Assembly: GCA_019057475.1 (NCBI GenBank)
Contig: DXJO01000010.1
Coordinates: 96,001 to 160,000, forward strand
Source: Candidatus Thorarchaeota archaeon
GTDB lineage: Archaea; Asgardarchaeota; Thorarchaeia; Thorarchaeales; Thorarchaeaceae
Length of the DNA stretch: 64,000 nucleotides
Direction of reading: 5' to 3'
Positions 40,121-50,032 of the stretch are shown piece by piece. The stretch's first letter is position 1. Each line of letters starts with the position of its first letter. Made by a program: the position numbers and the translations under genes. The notes beneath the pieces were generated by a model, which worked only from the letters and a program-made list of their open reading frames with translations, was not told the origin of the DNA and ran no database searches.

Positions 40121-40621
40121 ATGCCGGACGTGTTTACGCACTTCCTAGTCGGTGTGTCAATTGCACTACTTGTGCGCAAAGACGGCAGCAGGGCAGAACG
40201 GATGCTGATAATCTTAGGTGCGGTCTTGATAGATATTGAACGCCCATTCTCATGGTTACTCGCAAGTACTGAGTTCTATTGGATTGGACTGACCCCAGCG
40301 TTTCACTCCATATTAGGGGCTGTTTTCCTCTCCTACTCTGCAGCTGCCTGTTTCGATTTGGAGCACACCACTTTCAGGGAGCGGGTCAAGCTGATTCTCA
40401 TTGGTTGCACAGTTCATCTCCTACTGGACATGACAATGTATCCCTGGGAGGAGCGTGGCCTCTATCTTCTTTATCCTCTCAAAATCACGTTTTCATTCAA
40501 TCTTCTTTGGCCAGACTTCTGGTGGCTTCCTGTGTTTGGTATAGCGAGTCTTCTTGTTGCCTTGGGCATTAGATACCTGATGACTCTCACTCAGTCAAGT
40601 AAGGCAGAACGCGATTCGTAG
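40121..40621 (+). CDS. Membrane-bound metal-dependent hydrolase (YdjM-like)
   Basis: MPDVFTH, LIDIE, FHSI, HLLLD and LLYP. Confidence 0.8.
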   Translation: MPDVFTHFLVGVSIALLVRKDGSRAERMLIILGAVLIDIERPFSWLLASTEFYWIGLTPAFHSILGAVFLSYSAAACFDLEHTTFRERVKLILIGCTVHLLLDMTMYPWEERGLYLLYPLKITFSFNLLWPDFWWLPVFGIASLLVALGIRYLMTLTQSSKAERDS

Positions 40622-40688
40622 ACACTTTCTGTTTGTTAGAGGCACGGAGTCTGAAGAGGTATGGCATGATTCCAAGGGCGACCTTTCA

Positions 40689-40890
40689 CGAAACCTCGTC
40701 ATTTGGCCTTCTGTTCTCAATGATTCTCGACTTGCCAGACCGAGATTGACCTGACAATGATGGATTCACCAGAACTCCCTTCGATAGCTATCCGGAATTC
40801 CCCATAGTAACCTCACCTATGATTATTCTGTTGATGCGGCAGTATCATACACTGTCACCAGCCGACAATGTCCGGAAACCTGTGCCCTAG
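40689..40890 (-). pseudogene. Possible eroded 3' remnant of a third PaaK-like gene
   Basis: Minus-strand pieces RFPDIVG, YYGEFRIAIEG..IIVR and RSGKSRIIENRR lie in different frames. Confidence 0.35.
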
Positions 40891-41214
40891 TTACTGAAGA
40901 CTTCTGACTCCCATACTAACATTGCCTGAAACAGGTGTTGATGTGAAAGCAATACTCAGGCAAAAGGAGTGGGGTGGTGCGAATCTCCTTGTGCATCTCA
41001 ATGGCCCTAATCCGCTCGTCAGCTTTTCTTGCAAACATTGGCGGGCAGGGGATTCCCGAAACATGTATCCGAGCGGGCATATCAACGAACGCGCTACATG
41101 TTTGCTCCATTCCTCGTTTCTCCCACGAAGACTTAAGAGATGTGGGCATACGTAATGGGGATGCGCAAGGCCCCAGTTTCAATGAAAAATGGGGGTACCA
41201 CGGAGGTTCGTTGA

Positions 41215-42348
41215 ATGAGGGTTGCCCATATTTGTCCCTTTGTAGGAGAGCAGATGGGTGGCAGCGAAAGATATGCATGGACTCTCGCGAAGAAACAGGC
41301 GAAAGAATATGACGTTCATGTATACACGACCACTCAAAACGCTAGACGTACAGGAACCATCGAGTCAAATGGTGTGACAATCCACCGATTCTACAGCCCA
41401 ATTGTTGTGTGGAACATCAACCCAATCAGTCTGATGCTTAGGTCACTTGTAAACTCAGATATCGACCTATTTCACATTCATTCGTACCTCTACACACCCT
41501 CGAACCAAGCCGTGTTCGCCAAGATAGTCAAAAAGAAGAAGGCCCTTCTGCAGTTACACGGTGGCATTGGGCTGCCACCGTACAAGACATGCTGGGTCAA
41601 GCTTGCTGCGAAGAAGTTCTATGACGTATCTCTTGGCAAGTTCATGATGAATCATAGCGATATAATCGCATCAGTGTCCAAGTCCGACCTAGATGCAGTC
41701 GAATCCCAGTTCTCTATTCCAAAGGGCCGGCTGCGTTACGTGCCGAATGTCGTAGACACCTCTGTTTTCAAACCCGAAACGAAGCAGCACTCGAATGGAA
41801 GAACACTGCTGTATGTAGGTGATTTGGAGCCCTGGAAAGGCGTTTGTTCACTGATGGAGTGGATGCGTGCTCAGAGTCGGTGGGATGGAGGCAATATCAC
41901 AGTGCGTTTTGTGGGTCAAGGCTCGTTGCTCAGTCGCCTTCGAAAGATGCAGCGTGAGTTTCAGAAAGACAGGCAAGATGTTCGCATTGAGGTCCTGGGC
42001 CCGAAAGACCACAGTGAAATACCTACGCTCATGAGGGACGCTGATGCATTGATACTCCCCTCCTATTGGGAAGGAATGCCAACTGTTGTTCTCGAGGCCA
42101 TGGCGTCTGGAACGCTTGTAATATCGACTCGTGTCGGTAACATACCTAGAATGATTGAACATCTTGGCACGGGCTTGTTGATTGATAGATCAGCTGCCAG
42201 TTTTCAAGAAGCAGTATCCACGGTTCTCTTTGATGTGAAAGCTGTGAGGCGCATCACTGAGAATGCAAGGAAACTGGTTGAGCGGGAGTTCAGTCTTGAC
42301 AAGGCCAACCTGATTCTACATGGTCTATACTCGGAGATGCTGGAGTGA
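41215..42348 (+). CDS. GT4 glycosyltransferase
   Basis: GGSERY, VPNVVD, YVGDLEPWKG and LPSYWEGMPTVVLEAMASG. Confidence 0.92.
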   Translation: MRVAHICPFVGEQMGGSERYAWTLAKKQAKEYDVHVYTTTQNARRTGTIESNGVTIHRFYSPIVVWNINPISLMLRSLVNSDIDLFHIHSYLYTPSNQAVFAKIVKKKKALLQLHGGIGLPPYKTCWVKLAAKKFYDVSLGKFMMNHSDIIASVSKSDLDAVESQFSIPKGRLRYVPNVVDTSVFKPETKQHSNGRTLLYVGDLEPWKGVCSLMEWMRAQSRWDGGNITVRFVGQGSLLSRLRKMQREFQKDRQDVRIEVLGPKDHSEIPTLMRDADALILPSYWEGMPTVVLEAMASGTLVISTRVGNIPRMIEHLGTGLLIDRSAASFQEAVSTVLFDVKAVRRITENARKLVEREFSLDKANLILHGLYSEMLE

Positions 42349-42446
42349 GCTGCCAACCGAACGTAGTGTGAATGAACACTTGCCGTTCCAGAGTTCTCTT
42401 TCCGAATGCGCAGGGGTTGGGCATCAAGCCGTAGATTATGATGAAT

Positions 42447-43484
42447 CTAGTGAGGATGTTTACTGCTGGCTCGTTTACGGCATTTCCCTGCTATAACTCC
42501 CGTGTCCCTAACCCATTGAATTGTCAGTTTAAGACCGGCGTTGATGTCAGTCTTAGGAATGTAGCCCAAGTCCTTTTTCGCCTTCTCAATACTTGCGAGG
42601 CTATCCCGCACATCACCTAGACGAGGTTCTCGAAACGTTTTCGTGGATTTGGATTCGGTTTCCTTGATAATCCTGTCAGCAAGGCTCTCAATGGTGGTTT
42701 GTGCCCCTCCACCAACATTGTATACATTTCCTTTTGACTGACTACTCTGGGCAGCCAAAAGATTGCACTCCACTATGTCATCAATGTACGTGAAATCTCT
42801 GGTTTGCTGACCATCGCCATCAATGAACAAGGGGCGATATCTCAACGCTTGAGAGATGAAGATGGCCATTACGCCTGCGTAGCTTCCGCCTCTTTGCCTT
42901 GGGCCATACACATTGAAATATCTCAGAGCACTGATGTTCATGTCATAGGTGGCACTGAAAACGAGCGCGATGCTCTCTTCTGCCAGCTTTGATGCGGCGT
43001 ACGGTGACATCGGATTCGTGTGCATATCCTCCGTCTTTGGTAAGGTAGTCGTGTCACCATAAACGGATGACGACGATGCCACTACTACTCTATCAACGTC
43101 TGCCTTACGACATTCATCCAAAACTACAGTAGTGCCCATCACATTCACATCAGTCACCAAGTGTGGATTATCGATGGAGAATGGTACACTTACTTTTGAT
43201 GCTTGATGGAAGACTAGTGACACGTCTCGAAGCGACTTCGCTACGTCGTTTCTGTTTCTGATGTCCCCTACGATTAGCTCGAACTCCCTCTTGTTCACCC
43301 ACTGAGCTATGTTCGACATGTCACCATTGCTCAAGTCATCCAGAACGCGCACAGAGGCTCCATTGCGCATGAGGAAGTCAACAATGTGAGACCCAATGAA
43401 TCCTGCGCCTCCAGTTACAAGGATGTGTGTTTCCTCAAAGCAACTAGCATCTATTACTACATTTGTCGGTTTCAAGCCAATCAA
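42447..43484 (-). CDS. UDP-GlcNAc/UDP-Glc 4-epimerase-like SDR (WbpP-like)
   Basis: VTGGAGFIGSH, ASSSSVYG, SPYAASK, RYFNVYGPRQ and GDGQQTRDF. Confidence 0.9.
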   Translation of the reverse strand: MIGLKPTNVVIDASCFEETHILVTGGAGFIGSHIVDFLMRNGASVRVLDDLSNGDMSNIAQWVNKREFELIVGDIRNRNDVAKSLRDVSLVFHQASKVSVPFSIDNPHLVTDVNVMGTTVVLDECRKADVDRVVVASSSSVYGDTTTLPKTEDMHTNPMSPYAASKLAEESIALVFSATYDMNISALRYFNVYGPRQRGGSYAGVMAIFISQALRYRPLFIDGDGQQTRDFTYIDDIVECNLLAAQSSQSKGNVYNVGGGAQTTIESLADRIIKETESKSTKTFREPRLGDVRDSLASIEKAKKDLGYIPKTDINAGLKLTIQWVRDTGVIAGKCRKRASSKHPH

Positions 43485-43723
43485 TCCCCGTATCTAGCTC
43501 CTCCATTGACTTGGTCTTTATCCCTGACAGAAACCTAGTCGAATTCCCCATCTTTACTCACAGGCAAATCGTTATACATAGGTAACTTGAAGGATATCCC
43601 AAATGGGAGCAGATACTTAGGTCGAGGTCGATGACCCGCTTGCTAATAACGGTGTCTGGTCTACAATATCTTTCATCAAGGGAATAGTAGGTTTCAAGGA
43701 TAATTGTGTTGAGGGACATGTTC

Positions 43724-44328
43724 ATGAAGGTCCTAATCACCCCACAGTGCTTCCCTCCTGATATGGGGGACGGGGCAACAAGAGCACACAGTGTCGCAGT
43801 GGGTCTTGTCAGGGCTGGATGTGAAGTCACCGTAGTTTCTGCAGCTCCACACTATCCAAGTGGAAACATTCCCATGAAGTATCGTTGGAATCCCTTGCGT
43901 ATCGAGTACGATAGTGAGATGAAAATCATCAGGGCTTTCGTCCCGCCAGTGGAATCAAGAGGATTCGCAAAGCGGGCAGTACTCTTCCTGTCATTTGTCC
44001 TCTCTTCGCTCTTTGCCATTCCCTTGGTCGGAACGGCTGATGTGGTCTTCGCAGCGAATCCTAACATCACAGTCATGTTTGCAGGATTGATCTACAGGAA
44101 TCTCAGCCGTTGTCCGCTTGTGCAGAATGTTGACAATCTCTGGCCTGAGGTTCTGTATGACTTGGGTGTAAGGCGAGGTTCGTTCATAGGTAGATTGGAC
44201 TAGTTGATGGCTAGGCTCGCGTATGGTTTGGCCTATGCCATAACATCGATTAGTCCCGCTTATGTTCATGTAATCAGAAGCAAATACGATATTGATTCGG
44301 GCAAAATACTCGTTGTGAAGGCTGGAGT
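43724..44328 (+). pseudogene. 5' half of a WbuB-like GT4 with an in-frame TAG at 44201
   Basis: QCFPPDMG, PHYPSG and NVDNLWPE; the frame continues after the TAG (LMARLAY..ISP..KILVVKAGV) and then homology stops. Paralogue of 59289-60548. Confidence 0.85.
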
Positions 44329-44858
44329 ATCTCATTCATGGGTTCTCGATGTTGAGAGAAACGGGAATCTCTGTCAATCTTGCTGTTGTTGGCTCACCTT
44401 CGCTGAATCAAATGGACTGTACGAAACGTATTCAGAAGCCTGTCATAGAACTTGACGTCGAGAATGACATGATTTTCACTGGACGAGTTGAGAACTCTTT
44501 GCTCCCCGGAGTTCTTAGTCAATTCGATGTGTTTGTGCATCCATCCAAGAGCGAAGGCACTCCAGTGAGCATTCTTGAGGCTATGGCCATGGAACTGCCG
44601 GTCGTGGCGACCGATGTGGGCGGGATTTCGGAACTCGTGGTGGATGGTGAAACTGGAATCATTGTTGAACCGATGAACTCTCCCTCAATCGCTTCAGCAA
44701 TCGCCTTTCTCTTGCAGAACCCTGCAGAGCGCACGAGAATGGGGCGGAGCGGCAGACAGAGAGTACTGGATTTATTCACCCGTGACAAGACAGTGACCGG
44801 ATACACTGAGGTCTATCACGAAACTGTGCGGAAACACCAGCACAGCAATCAAAACTAA
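44319..44858 (+). pseudogene. 3' half of a different GT4, fused out of frame to the WbuB-like head
   Basis: RLEYLIHGFSML..VVG..FTGRV..HPSKSEGTPVSILEAMAMELPVVATDVGG; no N-terminal domain. Confidence 0.8.
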
Positions 44859-44991
44859 TACTATACATCAATTTAAGGCGTTATGATAGGAATTAGGCTA
44901 AGGATGTGAGCCGAAATTTCAAAGGCACACCAGAGATATCGGGCTGTACATTCACTCAAGGTTTGTTAGCCCTTCATGAGAATAGAAGGAG

Positions 44992-46152
44992 ATGTTCCAC
45001 ACGCAGCGCAGGATTCGTATCTGTATTGTCGCCTTGTGTCCTGGACTCACTCCGATATCGGACCTCATTATGATCATGTCTAGGATTGCCCATGAGGTAT
45101 ACTTGGTCATTCCTGGGCTCCCGCGCAACATATTGCCGAATCTTTCCAACGTCAAGCATTTGACCGTTCCTCACAGAGTATCCTCTGGGCTCGTTTCGAG
45201 ACTGATGAATAGCATAATCACGCAATTTAGGGTGCTTCTTCAGGTCATGAAGATATCCAAGTCTGTAGACCTATACCTCTTCTCAATCAGTGGAGAAACA
45301 TTTCTTCTACCCTTGCTGGGTTTGAAATTCATGAGGCAATTAACGGCCTTCATGCCCGGGGGGAATGCAATAAGAGTTTCCAAGATTAATAACGATTTGC
45401 TTTCACTTCTTATCCCCTCTGTGGTTTATGCCGCTCTTGAATTGACACACCGTATCATTCTCTATTCATCGCATATGGCAAAGGAAGCGGTTTTCGCGAA
45501 ACACAAGAATAAGACGATATTCGCTCACAAGCACTTCATCAATTTCACTCGCTTTATGAGAGAGTATGACCTTTCCGAGAGACCAGAAACAGTTGGATTC
45601 ATCGGGCGCCTAAGCAGAGAGAAGGGAGTACTGAGCTTTGTTGACGCCATACCACAGGTACTTGACATAAGAGAATCTGTGAAGTTCCTGATTTGTGGCG
45701 ACGGATTATTGCTTGAGGAGGCTAAGATGCGCGTTGCGAAACGAGGGCTTGAATCATCTGTCAGGTTCACCGGGTGGGTATTTCGTCAACAGATTCCAGA
45801 CTTATTGAATTCTATGAAGTTGATGGTTCAACCGAGCCTAACCGAAGGGTTACCCAATAGCATCCTTGAGGCGATGGCCTGCGGAACGCCTGTTCTCGCT
45901 ACACCCGTCGGTGGCATTCCTGATCTGATTGTGGAGTCTGAAACCGGATTTTTCCTTCGTTCCAGGAATCCCGACCATATCGCGGAGAGAATCTGTTCGC
46001 TTCTTGGCAACACGGAACTGCTGGAGAATGTGAGCAATCGCGCCATGGACTTCGTTAATCAAGGCTTCTGCTTCTCGTATGTAGTTCAGAGTTGGCACAA
46101 CGTCCTTGCTCAGCTGGGTTTGAGAAACACTAAATCCCAAGGTGCTGAATAG
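44992..46152 (+). CDS. GT4 glycosyltransferase
   Basis: FIGRLSREKG and PSLTEGLPNSILEAMACGTPV. Confidence 0.92.
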   Translation: MFHTQRRIRICIVALCPGLTPISDLIMIMSRIAHEVYLVIPGLPRNILPNLSNVKHLTVPHRVSSGLVSRLMNSIITQFRVLLQVMKISKSVDLYLFSISGETFLLPLLGLKFMRQLTAFMPGGNAIRVSKINNDLLSLLIPSVVYAALELTHRIILYSSHMAKEAVFAKHKNKTIFAHKHFINFTRFMREYDLSERPETVGFIGRLSREKGVLSFVDAIPQVLDIRESVKFLICGDGLLLEEAKMRVAKRGLESSVRFTGWVFRQQIPDLLNSMKLMVQPSLTEGLPNSILEAMACGTPVLATPVGGIPDLIVESETGFFLRSRNPDHIAERICSLLGNTELLENVSNRAMDFVNQGFCFSYVVQSWHNVLAQLGLRNTKSQGAE

Positions 46153-46238
46153 CCTACTCAGCTCTGGATGTTCCTACCCTTTTCAACACTACGATTCTGC
46201 TCGCCAAACACAACTCTGGAGATCGGCCCGAGAATGTC

Positions 46239-46545
46239 GGAAAACTCCTTGCGGCCAAGAATGCTCAGAAGGATCCAGACTTCATGGTGATTGCTAGAGT
46301 AGAAGCCCTCATCGCAGGATGAGGCATGGATGAAGATCTCACTAGGTTTCGCGAGTATGAACGAGCTGGGGCTGACACAATACTAATCCACCACAAGGAC
46401 TCAGACCCTTCCCCCATTCCGAAACTCATCAAGAAATGGAATGGTGGAGAGCCGCTTGTTCTTGTGCCAACCAAGTATCCATCATTCAACGAGAATCAGA
46501 TGAAATGGTCAGGAAGGGTGGGGATGGTAATCTATGCTAACCGTA
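46239..46545 (+). pseudogene. pepM: Internal fragment of phosphoenolpyruvate mutase
   Basis: GKLLAAKNAQKDPDFMVIARVEALIAG*GMDE..AGADTILIH..PLVLVPTKY..MVIYAN; TGA at a Trp position (46320); both ends missing. Confidence 0.8.
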
Positions 46546-46649
46546 GCATCAATCATTCCAGTTCCAGGCGGAATTGAAAACAGCATGCAAATATGAGCCA
46601 CAAGTAGATGGTATCCAAGTGGATATGTCAGTGCAGTTGAATCATATGG

Positions 46650-46838
46650 TTAGTAATCAGTCGGAAGTCTTTGATGTTCTATAATTGTTGAGATGTAGCG
46701 ACCATGATACTGCTTCACAAAGAGGTCCGTGTTGTCAGGCACCGTTTGCACCCGTGCCCAACCATACTCCTGCCTGAATATGCCTGAAACAGGATCATTC
46801 ACTTCTATCTTGAAGCCGTGAATGTCATAGTACTCCAT
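46650..46838 (-). pseudogene. Probable truncated 5' fragment of a hypothetical protein
   Basis: MEYYDIHGFKIEVND looks like a real N-terminus downstream of the GT4 gene, but the ORF ends after 62 aa. Confidence 0.3.
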
Positions 46839-46956
46839 TTTTCGGCACTGTTCCAAAAGCGAAGAGAACTTGGAGGTCATTTTACTCTATCGCATGGCAA
46901 AAATGATTTGCTTTGATGAGTGTTTTAAAACTCATCTCAAATACAACTTCGATTCA

Positions 46957-48117
46957 TCAATTCCCCAGCACGCTGCGGTAGACGCCTAGCGTGATTCCAG
47001 CGACCTTGTTGATTGAATACCTCTGTTCAACGACTTGTTTCGCTCTGCGCCCCATTTTCTCAGCGGAATCCGGAGAGGATAAGACCTGATTCAGCAGATC
47101 CGTTAGGTCTTGAACTGCCCCTGCTGGAAACACTAGGCCAGTCGAGCCGGTTTCTATCAAGTCGGGGATGACTCCTACATCCGAGCCAATAACGGGAAGG
47201 GAGCAAGCATAGGCTTCAAGGATTGTCAGTGGAAACGTTTCATACCATGATGGCAAAACGAACACATTGGCATCCACAAAAGCTGCCTTCTTGTCCATTC
47301 CGTATAGCGGACCGGTGAATGTAACATGTTCCTGCACACCATTGGAAACTGCCAAGGACCGCAGATAATCTTGAAAGCCATAGTCCGGACCTGCAATCAC
47401 AAGGTGTGAACTGAGCCCGGATTTAATTGAACGCGAGTACGCCAGCAAAAGGGTGTCAAGTCCTTTTATTTCATGGATGCGCCCCAAGAAAAGCACAATA
47501 CTCGTTTCAGTATCAATGCCATACTTGGACCGGAATGTTCCTCGAGTGGGCATGATTTCGAAGTCTGCTAGATCAATACCATTTGGAACTACTTCAACTC
47601 GATTTGGCAGAAGTTCGAATCGTTGACACTGTTTCACTTCCTCATCGCAAAGGGCAAGCACCCGAGCCGCGTCACGTAGCATTGATGTTCCAAGAAGGTT
47701 GTCATATACAAGTTTCAAATTCTGGTGCCCGGCAATTCTTGGAAGGGAACCATGGGGTTGAACTACGAATGGAACACCATAATTGCGTGCAAGCCTATGA
47801 ACTACTACGTTCTGAAATGACCTATACCCATGAAGGTGTATTATGTCGAAATTCCGTAGATTTCGCGTGGCATGTGAAACCAACCCCGGTGTAATAAAGA
47901 GCCCAAGAATAGGCTGATGCAAGTGGTTCCTGAAATAGTGAACTTGCATGCTGCCTAGGTTGATATTGTTTCTCTGTTTCGGTATTCCCGCATCTGTAGT
48001 GTAGATCTCGACATCGTGGCTCTTACTTTGCTCCCTCGCCATCAAGTATGCGGCCATGGGAACTCCCCCATAACACAAAGCGGGAGGGAAATACGATACA
48101 ACATGCAGTATCTTCAT
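46957..48117 (-). CDS. GT4 glycosyltransferase (Bme6-like)
   Basis: MKILHV (ATG 48117), QPHGSL, FLGRIHEIKG and LPSWYETFPLTILEA. Confidence 0.92.
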   Translation of the reverse strand: MKILHVVSYFPPALCYGGVPMAAYLMAREQSKSHDVEIYTTDAGIPKQRNNINLGSMQVHYFRNHLHQPILGLFITPGLVSHATRNLRNFDIIHLHGYRSFQNVVVHRLARNYGVPFVVQPHGSLPRIAGHQNLKLVYDNLLGTSMLRDAARVLALCDEEVKQCQRFELLPNRVEVVPNGIDLADFEIMPTRGTFRSKYGIDTETSIVLFLGRIHEIKGLDTLLLAYSRSIKSGLSSHLVIAGPDYGFQDYLRSLAVSNGVQEHVTFTGPLYGMDKKAAFVDANVFVLPSWYETFPLTILEAYACSLPVIGSDVGVIPDLIETGSTGLVFPAGAVQDLTDLLNQVLSSPDSAEKMGRRAKQVVEQRYSINKVAGITLGVYRSVLGN

Positions 48118-48318
48118 CTTGTCCTCAAGGTGGGCGTTGGGCATCGCCCCTTTTCCATGTTCTGATGATGAGGGTCCAGCCAAACTTCAACTGAGAACAC
48201 TCTAGATCTGATTAGCCAGTAACAGTATCTAGATTCTGAAGTAGTGGAAATATCACTCAATGAATCTCCTTAGTCACAAGCCTCGTGCATTGGAACAAGT
48301 GTATGAAGGAATGTATCT

Positions 48319-49344
48319 CTACACAACATAGGATCTCAGGTCTGTTTTTTCCTCTGGAGTTCTAATGACACTAACAGCTTCTCGGATTGCACTTGTGAAT
48401 GGCGATTGAAAGATGATTCTGGCTAGCAGGCCTGAGTGGAATGGTATCAGTGAGAGGTAATCCAGAACAGTTCTTGTAAAGCGGAATGAGTGACGAAACA
48501 ATCTCCAGTCGACGTTCATGGTCACCGCGTCAAGGTTCGTAGTACCAAGACCCACATCCTCGGCCTTTCTGATGTGGCCGATACTTCGTGGTTTGAAACC
48601 CATAATGCTCGTCCCTAGGGTGTCGGCAACCACAGAGTTGTTCGCGACAAGTAACAGATTCATCTTCACAGGTGTTCCAAACATCGGGCCATGGCCATCA
48701 AGAGCATATGTTCCGTCCACAACACAGATTGATGGCTTCCAGAGTTTCGTCAGGAGCGCAAGTTTTTCGTCAAGGTTATTATGGTACAAACATCTCATCG
48801 GGTCAGGGTAACAACCCCAAAGGTTCTTGATGCTGATGGTTACAGAGGTCATTGCATGGACCTTGAGAACCGGAACGTTCACGAAGCAATCGACTTGGCT
48901 CTGAAGTAGCTTGGGTATTTCCACTTTGACTCTCTTGGAACCCACCTTTTCTGAGATGAACTTGGTTGGCTCATTGGAGAGGTTAACAAGTTCTACTCCT
49001 AGATCCTTACAGATGGCATCCATCCCATGACCGCTGAACGCCTCCTCAGCTGTGAAGACGTTATTACCCCCATTCGATTCCACAACTGTTACTCCAGACG
49101 CTCTATTACACAATCTCGTCAAGAGCTGCTCCAGCAGAGCGGGGGTTGTTGTAACTCCTTCCTTGTAGCAGGGAAACGTGAAGTTGGGTTTCACAAAGAC
49201 GTGGTCATCACGTCCTACGATGTCTTTCCATCTGATATAATCGAGTCCGTTGGGGACGTTCCTATACACGTTCTCTGACTGAGCGATGTACGCCTTGAGT
49301 TCGGAACCTTCATGTGGGGTCATTATGAAGTAGCCTCTATCCAT
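48319..49344 (-). CDS. DUF362 family protein
   Basis: VFVKPN, GVTTTP, NVPVLKVH, SIKNLWG, VVDG..GHGP.G and VVADT. Confidence 0.85.
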   Translation of the reverse strand: MDRGYFIMTPHEGSELKAYIAQSENVYRNVPNGLDYIRWKDIVGRDDHVFVKPNFTFPCYKEGVTTTPALLEQLLTRLCNRASGVTVVESNGGNNVFTAEEAFSGHGMDAICKDLGVELVNLSNEPTKFISEKVGSKRVKVEIPKLLQSQVDCFVNVPVLKVHAMTSVTISIKNLWGCYPDPMRCLYHNNLDEKLALLTKLWKPSICVVDGTYALDGHGPMFGTPVKMNLLLVANNSVVADTLGTSIMGFKPRSIGHIRKAEDVGLGTTNLDAVTMNVDWRLFRHSFRFTRTVLDYLSLIPFHSGLLARIIFQSPFTSAIREAVSVIRTPEEKTDLRSYVV

Positions 49345-49389
49345 TCTTGTCTGGGCCGTGTTTTAAGCTTCCTGAATGATGGCAGGTTC

Positions 49390-49506
49390 TTATGCTGGTT
49401 CGGTGTTTTTCGATACTAGCGCCTGAAGTACGCCGAAGAACATACCGGTAATCTCATCCTATTCCAGTGATTCTGAGAACCTCAGTGCTGCATCAGAGAG
49501 TTCTTG
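49390..49506 (-). pseudogene. GT4 3' tail remnant
   Basis: QELSDAALRFSESLE*DEITGMFFGVL; TAG at the usual W of the C-terminal WD.I motif. Confidence 0.5.
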
Positions 49507-49666
49507 GAACTGTTTCCGAGTCACCATAGACTGTTCCACCTGAAGACGCAAACATGACACTATTAATGCTACTCTTGCGCATTGATTCTAAGAAAGTCAT
49601 CCCACCAACCGTGTTGATCTCGAAATCGAACTTGGGCTTCTTCGTGCTCAGTTTCGCATCCGGCTC
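49505..49666 (-). pseudogene. Internal fragment of a homologue of the epimerase at 8831-9781
   Basis: EPDAKLSTKKPKFDFEINTVGGMTFLESMRKSSINSVMFASSGGTVYGDSETVP, against QPDVRLSVERPKWDFEINVGGSLELLEAMRKNDVKRMVFASSGGTVYGETDVFP. Confidence 0.88.
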
Positions 49667-49780
49667 CCTGCGAGCTTGTAGTTCCGGTGCCCTATGATCT
49701 TGGAAAAGATCTACAACTCAGCTTCTATGCCTGATGAGCCTAGAAAGAATAGATTCCAACTTGGGGCCGATACACTTGAG
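49665..49780 (-). repeat. 116-bp direct repeat, copy A (3' end of the WbuB-like GT plus downstream DNA)
   Basis: Ungapped match to 59236-59351 with 8 mismatches by hand count; perfect run at 49710-49752. Confidence 0.95.
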
Positions 49781-49827
49781 GTGACGTACCACTCTTGATG
49801 GTATTCCTCCTCGGACCTTGTTGATTT

Positions 49828-50016
49828 GAGGGAGTGATTACTAACTACGAGAGCGAGTGCTCTCCCAACCATTCAGTCGCGAAGACTATAACCTATCAGG
49901 ATTTGATGCACAGAAGATACAATGCTTCGGAGATTCAGATCGCAGACGATGGTGTGTATTCCATCCTGAAACTGGAGCTTGGAGTTCCAGCTCTGCACGA
50001 CCACTGCAAGAGTCAT
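49828..50016 (-). pseudogene. GT4 C-terminal remnant
   Basis: LQFQDGIHTIVCDLNLRSIVSSVHQIL..SLRD*MVGRALALVVSNHSL. Confidence 0.5.
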
Positions 50017-50032
50017 ACACGCTTTTGCTGTA

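Noticed and set aside
44201-44203. In-frame TAG in the WbuB-like GT as possible pyrrolysine read-through
   Set aside because: Homology ends about 40 codons later at an out-of-frame fusion, so read-through would not give a full protein. A GAG>TAG mutation is simpler.
46320-46322. In-frame TGA in pepM as selenocysteine or Trp recoding
   Set aside because: It sits at a Trp rather than Cys position in a fragment missing both ends, and many intact genes here use TGA as their stop.
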